The notes beneath the pieces were generated by a model. It was not told the origin of the DNA. It worked only from the letters and a program-made list of their open reading frames with translations, and did no database searches. Both the position numbers and the translations under genes were made by a program. From Ferruginibacter sp. (GTDB lineage Bacteria > Bacteroidota > Bacteroidia > Chitinophagales > Chitinophagaceae), in NCBI GenBank assembly GCA_028288705.1, contig JAQBNH010000003.1, forward strand, positions 238,655 to 302,654: a DNA stretch of 64,000 nucleotides, written 5' to 3'. The first letter of the stretch is position 1. Each line of letters starts with the position of its first letter. This document shows positions 57,422-64,000 of this stretch, piece by piece.

Positions 57422-57892
57422 CTACAACGCTTCCAGTTCACGTAAATAATCATATTGCAGGTCTTCATGCATGCCTTCTATTGCCTTCCTGATCTTTTTC
57501 AGCAATGCCAGGTAAATGTTTTTTAATGCAGTACTCCGGTCTAAATTAATGGGTAGTTTTTTTATTTCCTGGCAGACATAAATCAACAACTCAACTTCTG
57601 TTGCCGCCGCATTGCTGTATTTGATATACCGGTTCGCCATCCGGATGATCTTCCGCAGGTTCTTCTTTGCGATGTATAGATTCTTCGTATTCACTTCGGC
57701 AAATAATTCCTCCAGGAGCTGCTTCACACCGGCAACGTAGGCATTTTCATCCTGGGCTTCAAAGATGAGGTAAGTGAGCAGTTCTTTATTTTCTTTCTTA
57801 AATTTTACCAGCCGAAGGCAGAGATCCAGCAACTGCTTTGCGGGCATACCCGAGAGCTCTTCTTTAATTTCTTTCACCGATGCGGTCTTCAT
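57422..57892 (-). CDS. Conserved hypothetical protein
   Basis: 156-aa helical ORF with CLRL.KFKKENKELLTYL.FEA, recognised as a Bacteroidota family. Confidence 0.7.
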   Translation of the reverse strand: MKTASVKEIKEELSGMPAKQLLDLCLRLVKFKKENKELLTYLIFEAQDENAYVAGVKQLLEELFAEVNTKNLYIAKKNLRKIIRMANRYIKYSNAAATEVELLIYVCQEIKKLPINLDRSTALKNIYLALLKKIRKAIEGMHEDLQYDYLRELEAL

Positions 57893-57925
57893 GAAGGAAA
57901 AATACTGAAAACAATTACGCGAAAT

Positions 57926-57948
57926 AAAAAAACCTTCTTGCGAAGGTT
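57926..57948 (-). terminator. Terminator of intergenic unit 2
   Basis: AACCTTC-GCAA-GAAGGTT plus T-run on the minus strand (GNRA loop). Confidence 0.7.
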
Positions 57949-58083
57949 CTTCATAGTTGAGGGGGTTACATCAAATACAGTTCTGTTTCAGAAGTATTGT
58001 TTCACAAAGAAAGCGTTTCTTCCATATCGCAACTGTAGTTAAACTTGGAAGTTTTACAACAGTCAGCGGAAACTACCAGGCAT

Positions 58084-58113
58084 AAAAAAAACCTTCGGAA
58101 GGGCGAAGGTTTT
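58084..58113 (-). terminator. Terminator of intergenic unit 1
   Basis: AAAACCTTCG-CCCTTC-CGAAGGTTTT plus T-run on the minus strand. Confidence 0.7.
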
Positions 58114-58183
58114 CCACAGTAAATCTTTGCATGGATAATGGAGGAAAGGTGATTCGGGGTATTTCAGAGGTATTCGATATTGG
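58084..58183 (-). ncRNA. Candidate ~100-nt small RNA
   Basis: TATCTTTG -7 box (58188-58195) directly upstream, C-rich body, intrinsic terminator, no substantial ORF. Confidence 0.4.
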
Positions 58184-58362
58184 AACACAAAGATAATCCG
58201 TGCAACTTCCCTGCATTGTAGTACTGCAAGTGAAATAACTGTAGTTTTCTTTCTAGCCTGTTTTACTACGTATTTTTACGTACCATTTTTACTATTAAAC
58301 GCGTGGTTTTGCAAGCACAACTATCGGGAGTTTATTTATATTGCAGCAACCAATTAAATGCT

Positions 58363-58926
58363 ATGAAAAAATCCATCATCCTTACCATGGGGTTTATCCT
58401 CATTATCAGCTTTGCCCGGGCACAATTGTTAAAAACGTTTATGCCCTCTCCTGCTTTCGGGGATTCTTTAAGCCAGGTCATCTTCGATTTTAAACATAAC
58501 TACATCCATATCCAGGGGGAAAGCCTTCCACCGGACGGTGATGCCGAACTGTTCAAATCCAAAACGAAGATTCCTGGTGCAGAGCAATGCGTGATCTATC
58601 GCTTTCATTCTTATGAAGACAGTACGGCAAGTTTCCAGGCGATCATGTATCGGGGCGAGAGTTACAAGGAAGCAGCAAAGATCTACCGCAATACCTTCCG
58701 CCAGGTTAATAAAATGCAAATCAATTCTGATAAACTTACCTCAGGTTTTTTAGGCAAGATGGAAGATCCGACTGAAGACCTTCGATTTACAAGCAGCACT
58801 TTAAAGCTGGCAACAAAAGATAAAATCTACAAAGACTTCGTCGCAGAAGTAGAGATGGTAAATTCTTTTGACGGTTGGGAAGTACATCTAAACCTGCACA
58901 ACAAAAAGAATGATGCCGACCAGTAA
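58363..58926 (+). CDS. Hypothetical secreted protein
   Basis: 187 aa from MKKSIIL, with signal peptide. Confidence 0.7.
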   Translation: MKKSIILTMGFILIISFARAQLLKTFMPSPAFGDSLSQVIFDFKHNYIHIQGESLPPDGDAELFKSKTKIPGAEQCVIYRFHSYEDSTASFQAIMYRGESYKEAAKIYRNTFRQVNKMQINSDKLTSGFLGKMEDPTEDLRFTSSTLKLATKDKIYKDFVAEVEMVNSFDGWEVHLNLHNKKNDADQ

Positions 58927-61149
58927 TCAGGCATTCATTTGTTTGCAGCAACGGGATATATCGGCAGAAATATTATAGATATAATTGAATTGGTCTGTAA
59001 CAGATTTTACCTGCACCAAACTGTCTTTGGTTTCTGTTTCCAACTGGCCAAGTGCCAGTTCCGTCCTTCGTTTCTCCAGCAGCAATGCCGCATGCTGGTT
59101 TAATGCATCCAATGAATCTCTGGCGGGTAAAACCACTGCGGCCTCCTCCTCATTCAGGTAATGCGCGGCATTGGAAAAATGTACGGTGGTATCGCGCAGC
59201 ACCGCCTCAAAATCTTTGGAACGAAACGGGTTCTTCCGCACGTTCAGGTAATAGGCCAGCGCGGCAAAATGCGACGTGAGAATGTGGTTCAGCACAACGA
59301 AGCGGTGAATGGCTTCGATCCCTTTTTGATAACGCTTCGGTTCCGACAGCATCCTGTTAAAAGCATCCGATACATTGGCGAGGCTTGTGAGAATATCTCT
59401 ACGGATATTTTTAAAATCGGCTGCTGATACAGGTTCGCTATTGATGAACGAACGGGTCAGCATTTCGTAATAACGCTGGTTCGCATCCAGCATCGCCAGC
59501 ATATAGTTCTTGATAGAGCTGTGCTCCCAGGCAGGCACAAAAAAGATGCTCGCCATAAATGCAATCCCCGACCCGATCACCGTATCAATGATCCGGTCTG
59601 TTAATAAAATCTGCAGCGACGATGGGTAAAGCAAGTGAAAAAATATCACGAGATAAGGCGTCATCATCAGCACACTGATGAAATAACTGGTGCGCATAAA
59701 CGCATAACTGGATGCCATAAAGATGATCATGATCACCAGCAATACGGTTTTGTCTTTGATAAAAAACATCACCGCGATGCCGATAAATATCCCGAGAAAG
59801 GTACCGATAAGCCTGTCGCTGTTGCGTTTTTTTGTCAGGCTGTATGCGGGCTTCAGGATAACAACGATCGTTAACAGGATCCAGTAGTTATGGCCGATGT
59901 GAAAAGCGACGGAAATGATATAACCCAGCAGCAGCGCAAAAGCTACGCGCAGGGCATGCCGGAATATATTCGACTTAAAATTGAGGTTGTTGAAAAATAT
60001 CGCGGGGCGGATATCCTGCTTCTCCCCGTAATTACTGTAATCGATGGAGGTAGCTGAAGCTTTTTTAATACGCTTATCATAGCTCGTGTAGTGATGCAGG
60101 CTGTCGATTTTTTCTGTAAGATGCTGCAAGTTGGTTTGAATACGGCCAAGGCTGATAAACTGATCCACATTTTTATCCGACATATAATGCTGGCGCAACT
60201 GTTCAAAATGCTGGCGGATATTTTTGATCGCATAGAGATTCTCTCCCGAGGCTTTGGATGCCAACCCCGACTTCACGGACAACCCAACTGCATTTAGTTC
60301 CGCCGAAAGCGCTACAATATGATTGCCGTATTCTTCCAGGATGCCCGTATCATCAAATTGCTTATGCAATACTTTATAATCCTGGAAGGCCGTCATGATG
60401 CTTTCAAACAACTCGGCCATATCAACGTACAGTTTAACCAGCACCCTGCCCGTATGCGTCGATTCCTTTATGATCGTTCTGGTCTTGAACAACATATCAC
60501 TGAGCAGGCTTTGCTGCGACTGCACTTTTACCTGCAACTGCAATAACTGCTGGTAAGTTTTCTCATATTCAGGATCCTGTTTGTAAAAAGAACCCCGCGT
60601 TTTAAGGTAATCGCTGATATCAATGATAAAGTCACCCAGCACCTGCTGGATAATTTTATAGGGCCGGATCGTGTACAGCAACATACTAAACAGGAAGTAC
60701 CAGCATCCCCCCGTAAAAATGTAGAGGGCGTGATACCAGATCTGCATGCCATGCACCGGCGTTTGCAGGCTCAGGATCATAATGAGTAAGGCTGCAATAC
60801 CAACAGAAGAACTTCTTGCTCCATATATCGACAACATGGAAAAAAGAAAGCCGAAAACGAATATCAGCAGGGCCAGGAACAGCGAAAATGCGGCGATAAA
60901 ATATACCAGCACCGCCACCATCGTGATGAGGAAAACACAGGCGATCATACCATTTGAGCGATGCCTGATCGGCCCGGGGCTGTCTGTGACGCTTACACAT
61001 AATGCGCCGAGCGAAATGATAATTCCCTGCTCAAGCATATGGAAATAACTCATCAGCAACGCGGGTAAAAGAATCCCGGCGGTGATACGGATTCCCTCAT
61101 TAAGGTAGCGTCCGTTAAGAAAATTCTTGTATGTGTCGAGTTGTTTCAA
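58927..61149 (-). CDS. FUSC/YccS-family inner-membrane protein
   Basis: LGALCVSVTDSPG, FRHALR, HNYWILLTIVVILKP.YSLT..R...R..GT; TTG start. Confidence 0.85.
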   Translation of the reverse strand: MKQLDTYKNFLNGRYLNEGIRITAGILLPALLMSYFHMLEQGIIISLGALCVSVTDSPGPIRHRSNGMIACVFLITMVAVLVYFIAAFSLFLALLIFVFGFLFSMLSIYGARSSSVGIAALLIMILSLQTPVHGMQIWYHALYIFTGGCWYFLFSMLLYTIRPYKIIQQVLGDFIIDISDYLKTRGSFYKQDPEYEKTYQQLLQLQVKVQSQQSLLSDMLFKTRTIIKESTHTGRVLVKLYVDMAELFESIMTAFQDYKVLHKQFDDTGILEEYGNHIVALSAELNAVGLSVKSGLASKASGENLYAIKNIRQHFEQLRQHYMSDKNVDQFISLGRIQTNLQHLTEKIDSLHHYTSYDKRIKKASATSIDYSNYGEKQDIRPAIFFNNLNFKSNIFRHALRVAFALLLGYIISVAFHIGHNYWILLTIVVILKPAYSLTKKRNSDRLIGTFLGIFIGIAVMFFIKDKTVLLVIMIIFMASSYAFMRTSYFISVLMMTPYLVIFFHLLYPSSLQILLTDRIIDTVIGSGIAFMASIFFVPAWEHSSIKNYMLAMLDANQRYYEMLTRSFINSEPVSAADFKNIRRDILTSLANVSDAFNRMLSEPKRYQKGIEAIHRFVVLNHILTSHFAALAYYLNVRKNPFRSKDFEAVLRDTTVHFSNAAHYLNEEEAAVVLPARDSLDALNQHAALLLEKRRTELALGQLETETKDSLVQVKSVTDQFNYIYNISADISRCCKQMNA

Positions 61150-61528
61150 TTAAAGTACAATTTACAACATTGAGTTATTCAGCATTAGATTTTTGCACTG
61201 GCAGCAGAACGTGCCATTCAAAATAAGCACCCTGCCAACCCATGCAATTCCGGCCAATTCAGTGAATAACAAATGATAATATATTTTATATGTCTATTAT
61301 TAACAGCGCTGTGAATAGATATTGGCATTCGGTTTCCCAGACTGGCACAGTTTTGTATATACTAGGTTCAACAGGTAGAAAATCGGGGTAAAAAAAATAA
61401 TTCCCGCTTTGCCTGGAGGCTAGAAAACCCGAAAGTGATATGGTTAAACTTTACTTGAAAATTAGTCGTCTATCATTTTAAGGTTGTCAGGCCGACATAA
61501 ACATTGATTAACTGATAAACCCACAATC

Positions 61529-62038
61529 ATGAAAAAAGTATTATTCGCCCTTGCAATTACAGCGTCATTTGTTGCTTGTAAGGCAAAAAAAACAGAACTA
61601 GAGACAAACAAGGATTTGTTGATCCTCACAGATACGTCTAAACTGAACAATAGCAGTTACCTCACTGATACAGGGATGGTTTCTACTGCAAATATCCGTA
61701 ACGGTAATGTAAATGCCGCTGTTACAGCAGCTCCTGCACCGGTTGTAACCAGAAGAACAACAACATCCAGTACAAGGCCTAGAACAAGTACTTCTACCAA
61801 TACTGGTACAAGTAACTCAAGCGGTAACTCCACTGCATCTACAAGTACCGTTCCGGCCAAGAAAAAAGGCTGGAGTAAAGCTGCAAAAGGTGCCGTGATC
61901 GGTGGTGTTGGTGGTGCTGTTGCCGGTGCTGTAATTGGTAAAGGTGGTAAGGGTGCGATCATCGGTGGTGTTGTAGGTGCGGCAGGTGGTTATATTATTG
62001 GCCGTGGTAAGGATAAGAAAGATGGCCGTGTTCAATAA
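61529..62038 (+). CDS. Glycine-zipper (YMGG-like) lipoprotein
   Basis: Lipobox FVAC, Thr/Ser-rich linker, KKGWSKAAKGAVIGGVGGAVAGAVIG. Confidence 0.8.
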   Translation: MKKVLFALAITASFVACKAKKTELETNKDLLILTDTSKLNNSSYLTDTGMVSTANIRNGNVNAAVTAAPAPVVTRRTTTSSTRPRTSTSTNTGTSNSSGNSTASTSTVPAKKKGWSKAAKGAVIGGVGGAVAGAVIGKGGKGAIIGGVVGAAGGYIIGRGKDKKDGRVQ

Positions 62039-62083
62039 GCCTCGTTTTAAAATTCATTATATCTACAATCTGATTTAATTTCG

Positions 62084-62110
62084 ACACCCGTCATACGATG
62101 GGTGTTTTTT
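62084..62110 (+). terminator. Terminator after the glycine-zipper gene
   Basis: ACACCCGTC/GATGGGTGT stem plus T-run. Confidence 0.7.
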
Positions 62111-62131
62111 TATACGCTAAAATTTACAAGT

Positions 62132-62389
62132 ATGTCTTGCACATTTAATCTTCCTTTTACAGGATCAGTTGCAGAAAGCCTGCAAAAAGCAAAATCAGCT
62201 GTGGAAGGCCAGTCCGGTACTTTTAACGGTGATGAAAACAGCGGTGAATTTGCCCTTAGTGTTTTCGGAAATAATATCGCCGGATCTTATACCGTTACCG
62301 GCCATATGCTCAATATCATCATCTCTGATAAACCGTTTATGGTTCCCTGCAGCATGATAGAAAGCTTTTTGCAAAAGCAGATCAGCTAA
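62132..62389 (+). CDS. Small hypothetical protein
   Basis: 85-aa ORF MSCTFNLPFTG...KPFMVPCSMIESFL. Confidence 0.6.
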   Translation: MSCTFNLPFTGSVAESLQKAKSAVEGQSGTFNGDENSGEFALSVFGNNIAGSYTVTGHMLNIIISDKPFMVPCSMIESFLQKQIS

Positions 62390-62445
62390 TCTCATTTCAA
62401 AGTTTAATACCGGTTTTCCTTTTGACTGCTTTTACTCTTGTATTA

Positions 62446-62495
62446 GTCTGGTAGGGGGTATCCGCGTCACTCGACGCGGATACCCCCTACCAGAC
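62446..62495. repeat. Perfect 23-bp inverted repeat (REP/MITE-like hairpin)
   Basis: GTCTGGTAGGGGGTATCCGCGTC-ACTC-GACGCGGATACCCCCTACCAGAC; no U-tract. Confidence 0.8.
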
Positions 62496-62569
62496 CCGTA
62501 TCTGTCCCTCGCAAGTCTCGTCCAAGATTGCGTGGATCCTGAGCAAAATACCAGTTCTTTCACGTTTCA

Positions 62570-62584
62570 TGGCACTGTTTTTTC
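62570..62584 (+). promoter_or_regulatory. Candidate sigma-54-like promoter of the second PepSY-like gene
   Basis: TGGCAC-TGTTT-TTTC, 32 nt before the GTG start. Confidence 0.3.
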
Positions 62585-62616
62585 ATGCTTTCTTATTTTA
62601 ACCAAACATTTCAAAC

Positions 62617-63060
62617 GTGAAAAAACTAACTTTTCTATTGGTAGCAGGATTATTCTTTACAATGGCAACTTATGGCCAGATCCGCAAAGTCCCGGCCGCG
62701 GTAACAGAAGCTTTTGCTACAAAATATCCAGCTGCAAAAAATGTGGAATGGGGAGACAAAGTCACCGTATTTGAAGCGACCTTTGATGTAGACGGGAAGA
62801 AACAACAGGCCAGTTTTAATTCTGACGGGGAATGGAAATTCACTGAACGATTTATTGAAGCAAAAGATCTACCTGCGGCTGTACAGGAAGGATTAAACCT
62901 GAGCAAATACAAAGACTGGGAGATAAAATCCTATGTGGAAATTAATGAAGCCGATGGCGCACCTATGTATCGACTCTACGGTAAGAAAAATTATCTGCAG
63001 AAAAAATATTTATATTTCAATACCGACGGGCAGTTGGTAAAAGATTCCATCACGTTATAG
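62617..63060 (+). CDS. PepSY-like (BLIP-like) periplasmic protein
   Basis: Signal peptide; VPAAVTEAF..KYP.A..VEW, F..DGEWK.TE, LPAAVQ. Confidence 0.75.
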   Translation: MKKLTFLLVAGLFFTMATYGQIRKVPAAVTEAFATKYPAAKNVEWGDKVTVFEATFDVDGKKQQASFNSDGEWKFTERFIEAKDLPAAVQEGLNLSKYKDWEIKSYVEINEADGAPMYRLYGKKNYLQKKYLYFNTDGQLVKDSITL

Positions 63061-63073
63061 GTTTTGGAAAGAT

Positions 63074-63110
63074 AAAAAGCCGCGGAGTTCAAAATCTCCG
63101 CGGCTTTTTT
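63074..63110. terminator. Bidirectional terminator
   Basis: AAAAAGCCGCGGAG/CTCCGCGGCTTTTT between convergent genes. Confidence 0.85.
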
Positions 63111-63112
63111 GT

Positions 63113-64000
63113 TTATTGGATCAGGATCCGCTCCTGCTGCCAGGTTCCCGAAGCGTTTATTCTCAGCACATATATGCCTTTTGCCAGTGCAGGCAGCTGT
63201 AACAACATATTCCCTGTAACGTCATTGAGTTTTTTCTCCATGACGATACGCCCGTCCATTTGCTGCAATTGTATTTTCTGAACCGCCATAGGCAGTTCAA
63301 GTGTCACCTGCTGATTGCTCACCATTGTTGGATAGACATGGAAGGAGCCCTTAGCGGTTGTTAAGCGCAGTACCTCTGAAACCTTTTCATCACCGGAAAT
63401 ATCTACGCTTCTTACCCTGTAATAAGCCGTACCTGCCGGTGGACTATTGTGCCGGAAGGAATAACTGTTTCCTGCCGGGTTTCCTGCGGCATTCGTTTCT
63501 GCAAAACTGCGGAACGTTGTATTGTCCGGGCTGTATTCAAGGATATACTTTTTTATGTTTTGATCTGACGCCGTAACCACCGTGAGCTGGTTATAGCCTG
63601 TAAGCTGCCGGCCCGAAAAACTGACCAGGCTGATCGGAACTACAGTTGCGGTTACTTTGTACAAAGTACCATTCGGCGCCGCTGATCTTTTGATCGCATA
63701 TAACACGCCGGTAGTAGACTCGCCAAAACCGGAAATACTGCTCTGCGGCCCGGTCTGCGTCACGCTGGTTCCGTCTGGACGCACGAGCCAGATCCTTCCT
63801 GTAACATAATCTGCGGTAACATAATACCCGGTAAGGGCAGGATAATCCGGGCCGCGATATACATAGCCTCCTGTAATTGAGAAGCCATTTTCCGGGCCGC
63901 TGTGCGGATATTCAAAGATCGGTGACTGGTAAGTTGCGGCACAACCTGCTGCATTATATACATGAAAGCCTTCCCGGCAACGCCAGCCGTAATTTACGCC
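63113..64000 (-). CDS. C-terminal part of a PQQ-dependent glucose/sorbosone-dehydrogenase-family protein with T9SS CTD (5' end beyond the window)
   Basis: Manual extension to the edge: GVNYGWRCREG...PIFEYPH...SITGGYVYRG..YP.L.G.Y..ADYVTG, ISGFGES; CTD VYPT...LPALAKGIYVLRI. Confidence 0.82.
   Translation of the reverse strand, partial: GVNYGWRCREGFHVYNAAGCAATYQSPIFEYPHSGPENGFSITGGYVYRGPDYPALTGYYVTADYVTGRIWLVRPDGTSVTQTGPQSSISGFGESTTGVLYAIKRSAAPNGTLYKVTATVVPISLVSFSGRQLTGYNQLTVVTASDQNIKKYILEYSPDNTTFRSFAETNAAGNPAGNSYSFRHNSPPAGTAYYRVRSVDISGDEKVSEVLRLTTAKGSFHVYPTMVSNQQVTLELPMAVQKIQLQQMDGRIVMEKKLNDVTGNMLLQLPALAKGIYVLRINASGTWQQERILIQ

Noticed and set aside
58073-58132. 19-codon minus-strand ORF MQRFTVENLRPSEGFFYAW
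   Set aside because: It simply reads through the terminator hairpin and T-run; no support for translation
61343-61357. TGGCACAGTTTTGTA as a sigma-54 promoter for the glycine-zipper gene
   Set aside because: The -24/-12 spacing is one base short, and sigma-54 spacing is strict
61880-62000. GGT/GCT-rich quasi-repeats as a tandem repeat or array
   Set aside because: Explained by Gly/Ala codons of the glycine zipper
1-64000. CRISPR array, rRNA/tRNA genes, IS/transposase, integrase, prophage or defence genes
   Set aside because: No regularly spaced direct repeats, tRNA/rRNA signatures or matching protein motifs were seen, and nearly all sequence is covered by assignable ORFs; tRNAscan-SE, Infernal and CRISPR finders were not run

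Overview
Chromosomal segment of a Bacteroidota bacterium, probably Chitinophagaceae-like. This is inferred from the SusC/SusD pair, a T9SS C-terminal domain, TAnnTTTG promoters and the lack of Shine-Dalgarno sites. The left half (2.86-31.1 kb) is a 20-gene, single-strand pectin utilisation locus: SusC/SusD, PL1, GH28, GH105, GH43, 2x CE8, 2x CE12 and 2 alpha/beta esterases, joined to the whole galacturonate isomerase pathway (uxaB-uxaA-uxaC-kdgK-eda-exuT). A LacI-family gene is transcribed divergently, and a tandem LacI-type operator recurs at three intergenic sites. The right half is housekeeping and envelope DNA (hutG/hutI, TonB receptor + mntR, folP, FKBP, DHH, ndk, arginase, MurC-like ligase, msrA, FUSC). 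It contains several oddities: a free-standing T9SS-CTD-like protein, a cytoplasmic BON-SH3b protein, a tandem sRNA-like intergenic module, a perfect 23-bp REP-like hairpin and several apparently leaderless genes. I saw no rRNA, tRNA, CRISPR array, transposase or integrase. All product calls come from motif recognition by eye; no database search was run.
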